From: Chrysomallon squamiferum
Lineage: Eukaryota; Animalia; Mollusca
NCBI GenBank assembly: GCA_012295275.1
Contig: CM022665.1
Coordinates: 36,952,001 to 37,016,000, forward strand
Direction: 5' to 3'
DNA length: 64,000 nucleotides
Of the stretch, positions 14,670 to 26,912 are shown piece by piece. Positions within the stretch are counted from its first letter, which is position 1; each line of letters starts with the position of its first letter. The notes under the pieces were generated by a model. That model was not told the origin of the DNA and searched no databases. It saw only the letters and a list, made by a program, of their open reading frames with translations. The translations under genes were made by a program, and so were the position numbers.

Positions 14670-15158
14670 TATATCAGTTTTACATAATATTAAGAGTTTT
14701 GTGAAATTTTTACATAATAATGAACACACTGATTTTATTTTCCTTTTTTTGTTTTTTTTTTTCAATTGCTACCCAAGTTTTTTTTTTTTTTTTTTTTTTA
14801 AATATAAAATGTTGTCAATAACCAGGTAATATTTTCTTAAAATCGAACTAGTTGATTTTTTGTTTTGGTTGTGTGTTTTTTTTTGGTGTTTTTTTAATGG
14901 AGATAAGCAAAATGTTAAAAATAGATAAATAGTTTCTTGGTTAATTTTTAATGTATTTATATTCTGCTTTAACAATTAATCTATATTGGTTACATTTGAT
15001 GCATGACATAAATACAAAACATAATTAACAATGTTGTATTTAATAATCTAATATATATGTATATCAAAATGATAAACCTTAATATTTTTGTTTCGATATA
15101 TGTATGTAGGTACATTATAAAAGTTCAGTTAGTGGTAGTTTTTCTTGCGTAAGTACAG

Positions 15159-15200
<42 letters not shown>

Positions 15201-17302
15201 AAAAATATATATATATACATACATATATATATATATTTTGCATCTGACCTTGAAGATAAAATATAAATGTGCTGAATGTATTGATGAATAATTCATGTTT
15301 TTAATTTAGCAACATGTGTACTGTAACAGCATAAACAGATTAGGTATGTTATCTAGTCACAGCATGTTAATTCATTGACAGAATTTATTAAAATCCATCC
15401 CAAATAATAACAATGTAAGTTCTATTAAAATATTTTATTTCACAAAGATAAATAGAATTTCAGTAATTATTTCAAAAATTAATTTAAATTTGGTAACACA
15501 TATTTAGAAAACCATTGTATTTCCTTTCTTTTTCTTTTTTCTTACTTTTTAATTTGTAAGATTTTTAATATTTAAATATAAATATCTAATATTTCTCTAG
15601 TCAGGATTTTAATCAAAAGAACTATCTCAGTTTTAAATAATATTTTTTTTTAAAAAGAAGTGAAATGCTCTATGTACTCAGAAGATATTTTGGGGTATAA
15701 AGTGCATTTTATTCATCTGACCAGTATTGATATTCATTATTTTAGTTTTAAATGGATAAGCTGCACTGGTCAAGTCATAAAATCAAAATAACTAACTGTT
15801 CTTGTATTTAATTTTTATTTATTTATTTATTTATTTATTATCTATTATTATGATTATTATCTCTTTTTTTTAATCTTTTCTATTTTTAATATATGTGTGC
15901 AATATATAGTAACGGTTGTTACAAAAATTATGTTTTTACAGTGCAGTAAATTGCATATTTCAATCATGCATAATTATGTAGGATAGAGAATGTTTTGAGT
16001 GACATAATTAGTAACTATATTTGAATATTAAATAGATTCAAATTTAAAATAAAATGTTTAGTGTATATTTTGTATAATGTTAAAGTTATAATTTTTATTT
16101 TTATTTTTTATTTTTTATTTTTCATTTTTTTTTTTTTTGTTAAAATGCTTAAATCTATATTTTAATCAGAATTTACTTATATCCAAGTAGCCTACTGATC
16201 AAAAGTATTTCTTTGATAGTTGTAATTTTATTGTTGTATTGCCTTTTCTATGAATTGGATCATTACTGGATAAAGCCACTGTATTATTTAAATGTTTTCA
16301 GTATTCAGTGAAGTATTCTAATTAAAGAAATGAGCAAACACATTTTGATTGTTAATTCTACAAACAAAAAATAATACTTTTTAAATAATTATCTTGATTT
16401 ATTTGATCATTTGGAATCAGGAATTATAAAGTATATGGTAATGAAATCAAAATTTATATTTAATTTTAAGAAAGAAAAGTCATTTATTCAGGGGGTTTTG
16501 TTGCTTTTTTTTAAAATATAGTAATAATGACTAATATTTCCCAATAATTTCAGAATAAAAAGGATATATAAGAAATAATTCTAATTTTATAATTATTAGC
16601 ACAAGTAATATTATACTGTTATTATTAAATACAAAATAAATTACAAGTTTATAGTTACAACTTTTACACACACACACACACACTTAAGTGATTATAATTT
16701 TTACATTTTTAAAATTAGTTACTAATTTCAGATAACAGGTAAAAAAATTTAAAAAAAAAAACATTTTAAATCAATTTCACTTACTAAAGAGAAACACTTT
16801 GACAGTGAAATGAAAAACTACTAAGATTTACTCACTTATCATTTCAGGAATATTCCAGGTGCAATATTTATATTAATGCATGCATACATGCACATTTTTA
16901 ACATCATGTGCTAAATAAACATTTCCATTGTGTTGTGTAAATACTTCATCACTAGTTCAGTCATTTAACCTGTAGAATGTGTTTTTTATTTGTTTTGTTT
17001 TTTCTGTAGCTGTCACTGAATTGTGGAATCATGCATCAACATTTCAACAACAGCTTTTAAAAAAAATAATAATAACAAAAAAAAAAAAAAATTTTATAAA
17101 AATGTATAACAGAACCCACAGAAGATGAAATATTAATCTCGTTGTGTATCTATCTACTTTGACTTTTTTTTATTTTTTATTTTTTTATAAGTTATTTTAA
17201 GAAAATTAAAAATATCAAGGTGTTAAAAAAGCACCTGCCAAGCATGATTACAGGTAAAACAAGTTGATGATTCATTATCTGTAACAAGAAGATAGGCATG
17301 CT

Positions 17303-17480
17303 GGTGTATGTCAGTTTGAAGAAAGTATTTGATATAAAAACATGTTCTGCCATAGATAGTCAAACAGGTGGATGTTAGCTTGGGGAAAATGATACAAAAG
17401 CTTGTTTTGCCATAGCCAGCCATGAAAATGGGTGTCAGTTTGGGAAATTGTTTGAAAAAAATGTGTTTTGCCACAGATCT
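17303..17480. repeat. Degenerate ~60-bp minisatellite, 3 copies
   Basis: Recurrent TGT(C/T)AG(T/C)TTG...AAA...TGTT(C/T)TGCCA(T/C)AG at ~60-bp spacing. Confidence 0.7.
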
Positions 17481-18916
17481 TGTTGGGATGGTGTGATTCA
17501 AAATATACCTGCCCAACTGGTGGTTACAGACGTGGAACCTGTTTCACACCTAGATATATAAATATTTATATTGCTTATCTAGATACTTCTTGTAGGCAGT
17601 AAGAAGTGTATCGTTTACATAATAAAATTAATGTTTATATTTTAAAATAAAATGATTAGATAAACAGTTTTGTACTAGTGGGCTAAAGTACGTTAGAAAT
17701 CACAAATTGTTTTTTTTTTTTTTTTTTTTGGACAGCATCTGTCTCCAAAAAACTGCCATGCTTTTGGAATATATATTTTGAAGTATATATGTATGTATAT
17801 AGTTTTATTGACATTTCAGTTTTATTTTGTCAGAATCTTTGTTTCCTATTAATGCATACAATGTATGTTTTTGTTTCATCATTACTTTCCCTTTTTTCAT
17901 CTTCTTTTTTAAATTCATTATATTTATCTGTAACTTAAAATAAACTTTATTATAATAAAAAGAACAAACATTTATAAGACTTACTTGTCTTGATATATTT
18001 ATTATAGTTATGTGTTACTCTAAATCTTTGTACCAGTTAACCTTTTGATGTATTTTTTATTTCGAATTTGATATTGTATATATTTCTCTTTTAATGTGTA
18101 TTCAAATGACTTTGTTAAAAATGATTTTTGTAGTGTAATGAAATAAAGAATCAACATAATTTAAGGCAAAAGAAAGAGTACCAAATTATAATTTCAGTTA
18201 ATAAAGAAAGGCGAAATATTTACAAACATTAATTATGTATATATATATATATATAAGCACATGTATATTATCTTACCACCATCTGCATATCACCACATGA
18301 CTGAATATATTAACATACGTATGTTATAGTTTTACTAACATTTTAGAAGTAATATTTTGGCATAACAGAATTTGTTCAAATCAGACTTCAGAGCAAAAAT
18401 AATGAATTTGTTTAAGATACTTTGTTGTTACTTAATATAATTATTATGAGATAGTTTACAAAAAGCCAGAATACTTGGAAATTGGCCACAAAAATTTGAG
18501 TTTGCCATTAACCGATTCTGTGGAATATTAAATCCTTTTTGACACAATCTGACTCACTAATACAAGATTATTATCAGCCAGAAATTTCTAATTGCATTTT
18601 TTTTATTTCATTTATTTTATTGAAAGAATTTCTTAATTTATGCAAGTTGTAAAAAGTATCTAAATTTCATTCAAAGTACCTTTTTCAGAAAACGTTTTCT
18701 TGCACATTTGATGGTAAGGCTTTTCAAAAATGTAGATTACTGTTCAGGTATTAAAATTTAATAATAATTGTAGAGCATTCATATTTGTGTGCAGGAACAT
18801 AGGAAAACCTGATGAAAACTGTTGCATTAATATATGCACCACTATGGTCGGCATACGCACAAAATGTAATTATTTGTAGCTGGCATTTTGGAATATCACT
18901 AAAAAGGAAATAGCAA

Positions 18917-18948
<32 letters not shown>

Positions 18949-21224
18949 CAGATACTTTACTTTTGATTTAGCAGTGTAAAGGAGTTTATTCAGAAATCGT
19001 TAGTAGGTAACTTAAAGTTTACTAGTTGTATGTTATACCTAACAAAATGTGTGTGTTGTGTTATAATTGTGTATCTCATTGTAAGTGCATAATTAAAATA
19101 TCTATAACCTTGAGAATGTGTACTGATGATACACATCGGGTTGTTTTGTTTTATTCTGCTGGAAGTGCTGCACAATAGAAATTCATCTGAAAGCATTGTC
19201 TTGAAAAGTATTTTATGTGTATACCCAACATTCATTATTCAAATTTGTATACTGTTTATTAATCATAAACTGAATGCTTTACAAATTTTATTTTTAATTG
19301 CAACATACAATTTTTTTTTTTAATTATTGTTTAATTAAGCTTTATGTTCACGTGATCATAAATTTCTGAAATGAGTACTCCAATCAAAACCAGACAATAA
19401 AAAAAAAAAAAAATTAGGTAAGCACTTAGTGCAGCTCGACAGATACTCTCTTATCCAAAAACAGAAATCAAATTAATTTTTACTCCAGTAAAATTCAAAT
19501 GCATTTTTCAGTAACACTATTGAACATTTTTTAAAAGCCATCAGATTTGTTCTTTCTTTTTATTAAATTTACATTTAAAGAATTATTGACTGTCATTTAC
19601 ATTAATGGTAAAATAAAATTCACTGCTATTGGATCAAATGTGTACCAATTTCCCATTTAGAGAACTGATGAAAGAAAGATCAAAATGGAGGACTATTTCA
19701 TCAAATGCAACTTTTTTGCTGTATACAATTTGTTTGCTGTCATTTTTAAATTTATCATTTGTAAATATGTCCTGCTGGCTTTTTTTGGAGCCATTTATTA
19801 CTGCAGGTTTAAATTATAAAATTAATATATATGTGTTGTAATACAAATATTGTAGTTGGTACTGCCATCATTATAATAAAAAGCTTTGTGAAGACAAAAA
19901 AGTGTTCTTTTTAATTTCATAAATATTTGTCAGCAAATCCTTTACCTGAAATCTACTGGGCATTTTAGCAAGAAAGTTATTCAGTAAAGCTTGATACACA
20001 TTTATTCAAGTGATTTAAGCATTCATCCATTACTTTTGCATAGCTGACCCAATGATGCCAAGATCAAATATTTTAAAATGTGATCCACAAAAATTGTTCT
20101 GCATCAGCAACTGAGATGGTTTTAGTATATGTAATGATAAACCTGGTGGCCCTTCAGTTAACAGCAAAAATTTGCTTTACCAATTAAAAAGCCTGACCTA
20201 TGAACCAAATGGTGGTCAAGCAGTTATTAGGCAAGTGGCATATAGAAAACATCACACAGCCATCAACTCTTAGTACAAAAGCCAACTGAATAATTACTTG
20301 GCAGCTTCCAAATTCAACAGACTATACTATTTCAACCAAACTTTAGATACAGTTATTTCTCAACAACTAACAAGTAAATAAACACTTTAGAATTTACAGA
20401 GTAATTACAGAGAAAAAAATGACAGACAAAAAGCATTTTCTTCCAAATTTATTGACAATGTTTATGAATACAGTGCATGTATTTGAAATGAATTCTAAAC
20501 TGACAAAAAAACATGAACACTAAACAACTGCTAAGAAATGTTGATCCTGAGAAAGCAAAAGCCACCCGTACAAAAGAAACTTTAGAAAAATGTAAAACCA
20601 TTTCTGTCAACAAGCTATGAATTGCCCATAAGAAAATGGAATCAATACTTGGCACTGAAAATGTATTCCAATAACAATGTACTTAGAACTTTAGTATGAC
20701 AGGCAGTGCACACCAAATAAGAAAATTAAAAATTAAACTTTCTGAACATTTAAAACAATGCTTAAAAATTCATACTGAAAAGTTTTTAAGATATGAATAT
20801 AGGATTTTATTGTTTCAAAATTATTTTGTTAAAACAGAATTAACTCTGCATGTAACACTTCAGATTAAAATGAGATAAATGAAAAACATATTTGCGACAC
20901 AGGTGCCATGCGACAATGACAAGATGAAAATAATGAAAGTCACCCATGTCTAAACCACAAAAATCATTCAATAAGTAATCTAATTAAACTTTTCAATACA
21001 TTTAACTGAATATTGCGTACACAATTTACACACAATAGGTTTTAATTTGCGAGTCGGCACAATTTAACTTTCAGTAACAGCATTATAAATGCTGTTACTT
21101 CTTGGATATAAATGCACCTAATTAGCACTGAGGTATGCTAAATTTTCAGCCATCAGAATGAATTGGAATTCATCTTGAGCCTTCAATTTATCACAACTAC
21201 TTGCTTTCACTCTGGTCTGGAAAT

Positions 21225-24200
21225 TCAATCATCTTTCTCATTTTCCTGACCTTCTTCACCATTAGCAACAGCTGGTTTCTCAGGCGAGTTCGACTTGGAA
21301 CGTGAGTATGATCTAGACCTAGACCCGGACCTGGACCGTGACCGTGACTTTGAAGTCAGCTTTGCAGGTGATTTGCTCTTTGACCTTTCTTTGGTTTCTT
21401 TCTTCTCTCTTGACAAACTCCTGCTTCGACTACGGCTGTGGCTGCTTCGGCTTCTGCTGCGACTGCGAGATCGACTTCTGGATCTTCTGCTTCTAGATCG
21501 GGATCGGCTGCGACTTTGGCTTCGTGAGTATGATCTACTGAAATGGAACCCCAGTTCTTATTACTTTAAGACAAACATTTACTTATTTCAATTTGTATGG
21601 AAATAAATTGAAGACTTTAAAAAAAAAAATACTTGTTAAAAGTAAAGTTAAAATTCACCTTCGTCTTTTTGGTCGATCTTCAATTAATTTGATTTTTCTC
21701 CCATTAATCTCAGTGGCATCCAGCTTTTCATAGGCATTTTTCATATCAGAATAGGTGGCAAACTCAACAACTCTAAAACAAAAAAAATTATATATCTTTA
21801 AACATGAAACTTTAAGCAACTATCTCATGAGTGAAATAACAATTCCCCCAACCATGCAAGAACTGAAAGGTCATCTGTTAAAATTTTAACTGGGTTTGTG
21901 AAGCAAGGGATAAAGCAAAACTAACCCTTCATTCCTGTGCTTCTTGTGAGCATCAGCGTAAGTAACTTCTCCTGCTTGTCTCATATAGTCTTTCAAATCC
22001 TTTAAAGAAACAAAAACATTAAAGTTTAGGTTTTCTGTAGATTACTAATGAAATACTCCTTCTGATGTACAGACAAATTAATTCTGCCCATGTCAGTATC
22101 AGGCATGGTATTGTAAAATGCACAAGACATGACTAATATATGATACAGATAACCTAAGATTTTTTTTTTTTAACTGAAATACATTCCAGCAACAACTTTC
22201 TTGACACACTGGAAACAGTTACACATCCACAATGGCTTAATTACATGTCCATATAGACAAAAAGGACCATTCCAGAAGAAACAAAAAAGGTTTCAGAATT
22301 ATATAGATAATACTCAAAATAATCCAGCTTCAAGACAATTTACATTCTGAAGAACAAAATGTATTCAACTGTCAGAACTCCTAATTTCGCAACTCTGAAC
22401 TACATTTTATTAAAAAAAAAAATTAAATTTAAAAACAAATTACACAATATGATACAAAATAACATTTTTCTTAAGCTTTTTACATAAAAGGATTATTTCT
22501 CCATTACTGGTAATGCTGATATTGGTATAAATTAAGCTTAAAAAAATATCTTAGTATGTTTTACAGCATGTAGATCTTAATTTAGCTATTGCTAAATATA
22601 TATTAATGGGATCAAGCTTAATGAAAACAATCACTACATTAATGTGCAAGTCGCTAACAAATAAATTACATATAAAAAAGTTCTCGAAACAAGAAATAAT
22701 TTGACAGTTTGTTTATTAAATGTTATTCTTTTATGTCCCTATGATTTATATAAAATTTAAATCCCTCTTCTGGAAAAGCCTTAGTCGGACAATATAAACA
22801 TTATGTTACACACTAAAATAAATATTTACCTTGCTCTAAAAGAAAAAACTTGAAAAGTCAAAGCAGGTGTGTACCTATAAAAGCTTGTTTAATGCCTCAG
22901 GCTGTTATGCCAGAGTGCCGTACATCTGGTATGATCTCGCTTCCTTCGAGTTCGATGTAAGATTACATCAGTTTAACCCGCAAAGCCTAGCCTGCTGCTT
23001 GGTAGGAAGGACACAAGGAGAAGCCAAACAGTAATCGACCAGACCTTTTCTTTTTTAAGGGAGGAAGCCAGCCAGAGAAACTCCCGACATTTATCTGAAA
23101 TTCAAATTTCCCAACACAAGCCAGCTTTGGCTTGAACTGGGCTAGGAAGAAAAGACTGGTACAACAGGGGTGCAACTGACATGCCTCATTAAATAGACAT
23201 CGCTGATGATAATAGAACCCAGTTGGCCACCGAGACCCTGTTGGATCGGTTCAAACAATTTCTGGTCCCCTGAAAGGTGGTCACTAGATGAAGTGTAACA
23301 GTGGATACCTCCCCTCAGAGACTGGCCTTCATTTCAGAGCATCTGACCCAGTCATGATCTCATCAAGATATGCTGTCAGGGAAACAATGGCTTGGTAAAG
23401 TTAATTATAGCCAAATCATACAGCAATACACATTTTGTTATTAAAATACAACTTCTTCCTTTTTTTTCCCCCAATTTTGTTAATCACCTCAAATGTTTTA
23501 AAATGATTTTCGTTTTTAGAATTAGAAATTTTGTTCCATTTCAGTTTTACTTCTCCATTTAGATTCTCAAATTTTGCTCATTCCATTACAATTTATTTTT
23601 TTTAAAGAATTAAAACCATTTATGAAAAAACTTTTTTGTTTTTACATTATGGAATCAAAAATGTTTTATTATTCTCCAAGTCCTAAAAATTACAACTTCT
23701 GACAAAATTATGCAGCTCATGATATCTGTCAAATTTTTTAAGAAGTAAAACATGATCTTCAAAACAAGATGTTTTGACAATGGGAAAGGGAATTTGAAAC
23801 AAGTGACAAAATAGTCATAAAAAAAAAAGAACAAAACAGTCTCAAACAAACATTTAAAAAACAAAGTAACATTTAAAAAAACAAACAAAAATTACTGTAA
23901 AAATTATTACTCTCACATACCTGCCAACTAACACGAGATGACAAATTTTCAACAATGATCCGGTATTCTGTTCGGGTAGGAGGTCCGTATCTGCAAACAA
24001 ATTACTTCCAATAAGAAAATTTAACATTTCACTACAGGCTAATATGCAAACAGAGGTTTGCTTTTTTAAATGAAAATTTGAAAGGGAATTCTAAAAAAAC
24101 ATCTTAAAATTTACTTGAAAAATTAAAAATACAACTAATGTTAGTATAAAATAAAAAATCTGGTTACTTGTTTCGTCTGGATCCAGAACTGCCCACCTCC

Positions 24201-24885
24201 ACCACCACCACCACCACCACCACCGCCGCCGCCGCCACCGCCTCCGCCTCCTCCTCCTCCTCCTCTGCGCCGTCCTCCATAGCCTCCTCGATCCCTGTCC
24301 CTGAATGAATCTTCTCCTCTTGGACCTCTGGCATGTTCAACCACAACTCTAAAAAGTTGACAAAATTATTGGTATAAATTTTACATCTATTTTACGGTAA
24401 GAATTAATAAAACACAAAAATGGTAATGCAGTTAAGATCATGGTCCGTGATTAAATATATTTTTCTTAAATCTGTGCAAGGAACAGGTGCAGAATGTAAA
24501 CATGTTCAGTGTGTTGTTAAAAAATTACCTTTCACCACAAAGATCCTTTCCATTCAACTCATAAACAGCATCATCTGCATCTCTATAATCTTCAAATTCC
24601 TATAGATATCAAAAAAAAAATATATATATATATATATATTTGTAGAATTCAATTATTTCAAGTTTTTTTTAAATTTATTTTTTAACAAGTATAGAATTAT
24701 TTATTTACTGACAATTAAAATAATTATCCAATAGTGTAAAGATAAATAAAGTATATACTAACAACAAATCCGTATCCATTCTTTAGCATCACATCCCTAA
24801 TTCGTCCATATCCTCTAAAAAACCTTTCAACATCTTTTTCTCTGGCATGATATGAAAGTCTTCCAATAAACACACGAGTTCCCAT
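21225..24885 (-). CDS. SRSF4: Serine/arginine-rich splicing factor, SRSF4/5/6 (B52/SRp55) subfamily: RRM1, Gly linker, RRM2 (SWQDLKD), RS domain
   Basis: Exons (5'->3') 24885-24763, 24599-24529, 24348-24168, 23990-23921, 21999-21926, 21772-21659, 21537-21225. Protein [12 protein letters not shown]...[24 protein letters not shown]...[41 protein letters not shown]...RSRS repeats. One extra base near 24192-24194 must be removed to keep frame. The symbol is nominal: the invertebrate gene is co-orthologous to SRSF4/5/6. Confidence 0.95.
22830..23372 (-). other. Candidate poison (PTC-containing) alternative exon region in the SR gene intron
   Basis: GC-rich island inside an AT-rich intron at the SWQ|DLKD junction. 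Acceptor TTTCCCTGACAG|23372 gives in-frame HILMRS*. Further acceptors near 23141 and 22991-22997; donors at 23309, 22875 and 22830. Confidence 0.65.
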
Positions 24886-25402
24886 TTTTCTGTTATTTAA
24901 AGAAAAAAATGGATTTATAAAATATTTAAAAAAAAAAAAAAAAAAAAAAAAAACACATTAGGATTAATAAACTCATTTAATTTTCCAACGCTGTGAAACA
25001 ATATCATGTAATAGATCATTAGTTATGTTTTTAAAATAAAAAAAATTAAAAATTAAAAATTAAAATGTTAAAATGTCGGAATGTAAAAACATTACATAAT
25101 AAATCAGATTTAAAAAGTACATCTAAAATGATCTTCGGGAAAGTATTTACAAATTTACAGAAAAACAAACTAGTAAAATTAATAATGAAGAGTTCTCTTC
25201 CTTTACGGCATTGGAATATGGCAACCAAGATCAAATATTCGTTAAAATTAAGACAAACAATATTTAGTCGGAGCATTGTAAAAATGTTCACGATATGAAA
25301 CATTCATATAAAGATAACAAAATAAAACATATTAAAAGTTACAAGGTGTCTCCAAAAGGCATTTTCCAAAGCTTTCAGAACAAAAGTTGCATGAAACCAT
25401 AC

Positions 25403-25500
25403 CCTTTCCTCGTACAAAAAGCAAGTCGGATCGAGGTTGCGCGCGCATTCGCATTAATCCGCTTGGTGCGCGTGGCTAAAGGTCTCGATAGATAGTTTAT
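25403..25500 (-). promoter_or_regulatory. Probable non-coding first exon and core promoter of the SR gene
   Basis: The ATG at 24885 lies 4 nt after a CAG acceptor, so an upstream UTR exon is required. There is a donor GG|GTATGG at 25403/25402 and a local CpG-rich patch with the palindrome TGCGCGCGCA (25438-25447) and a DRE-like TCGATA. Confidence 0.55.
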
Positions 25501-26435
25501 ATAGTTTTCATAATTTGTTCATAATTAAATTTTCAGTTTATCAACGAACTAATGCCTAGAGGCCGAAAGAAATGTCTGATATATAATTGAATTATTTCTA
25601 GACATCCACAATTTAACAGTTTGATGAAATCTCGTATAATAATTAAACAGTGTTATTATTTATTTGATATGGTTTTTTGTAAACAGCATATTTTTTAACA
25701 TAACAACAGATTCATTACATTTCATTGTCGGAACACTGTTTTCTTTTCTTTTTAATACCAGTAATTACATTATACGGTCTTTGTTGTAACAGAAAAGAAA
25801 AGATTATGAACATTATGTATTATAGTCTTCACGTTTTGCTTTGAAAAATAAAAAAATAAAAAAAATAAAAATAAAATAATAAGCATCATTATTAACTAAT
25901 TCATTACAAAAGTGTTTCTCTTAACAAAGAACAAGAACAAGAACAAAAATGTATTAACATTATACATTAGCCTACCCGTTTTGCTCTGAGTCTCGTTGAC
26001 CATGCTCCATTTCAAAATGTAATGGTTGTATCTAAACCGCACAAAATCACAATACTGTCTGGACAACAACTGAAAATGCCCTTTATATAAAGATCTTCGC
26101 GTTAATTAGCTTGTCCATTAGTAACAACTTCTCACAAATCTTTATGTTTATCTTTTAAAGTGACAGCGTGAATGGTCTTAACGCAAGCTTTGCAACTGAT
26201 TACAGTACGTATTGTAAAAAAAAAACTAAAAGGCTAATTATATTACAACGTAATACTTCGTGTGTTCTTAACGACTGTATGAAGTTAATTGCAGCTTGTT
26301 CTGATTTATTAATAATGAATTTAAGTAAACTGTTACAGATTTACTGTTCAAACACTAGTGGATACTTTTCTACTGCATATAATTTTAAAATATTAACTGC
26401 AACATGTTTTTACTTCTGTAATCATTTACTGTTTA

Positions 26436-26486
<51 letters not shown>

Positions 26487-26848
26487 GTACCCTTCCAAAT
26501 TTACTGAAAATACCTAATTCTATTACAGCTGAAACCAAGACGAATGTTGGTCTTCTTGCAATTGTACATCCTGGAAGAAGCTTTTAGATGGCTTACTTAC
26601 TACACACAGCTGACCATTGGTGGTTAATAATAATCTTGTTACATAATATTCGAGTCTTTTCGTGTGAGTGGCCTTAAAATCAGTCGTACTGTTCCTGTTA
26701 AAAAAAAAAAAAAGAAAAAAGATTACATTTATTAGTCGTAGACAGGTGCCATCGAAATAATAACAATTACAAACACGTAAATTAGGCCTAAATATGCATA
26801 TGATTTAAAATATTTTATGAGTCTATAGTATCTTAGGGTAGTGAATAA

Positions 26849-26852
<4 letters not shown>

Positions 26853-26909
<57 letters not shown>
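26853..26909. repeat. (TA)n microsatellite
   Basis: Perfect TA run. Confidence 0.97.

Positions 26910-26912
<3 letters not shown>

Noticed and set aside
17303-17480. CRISPR-like spaced repeats
   Set aside because: Eukaryotic context, whole-unit degenerate tandem repeats without unique spacers, and no cas genes.
19629-19710. RELMKERSKWR peptide resembling an RTE-LINE C-terminus
   Set aside because: Too short, with no upstream reverse transcriptase remnant visible.
21295-21606. 103-aa plus-strand Leu/Arg/Asp-rich ORF
   Set aside because: Antisense shadow of the RS-domain exon.
22987-23175. 62-aa ORF inside the SR gene intron
   Set aside because: Starts at a non-ATG codon, resembles no known protein and lies within the presumed unproductive exon region.
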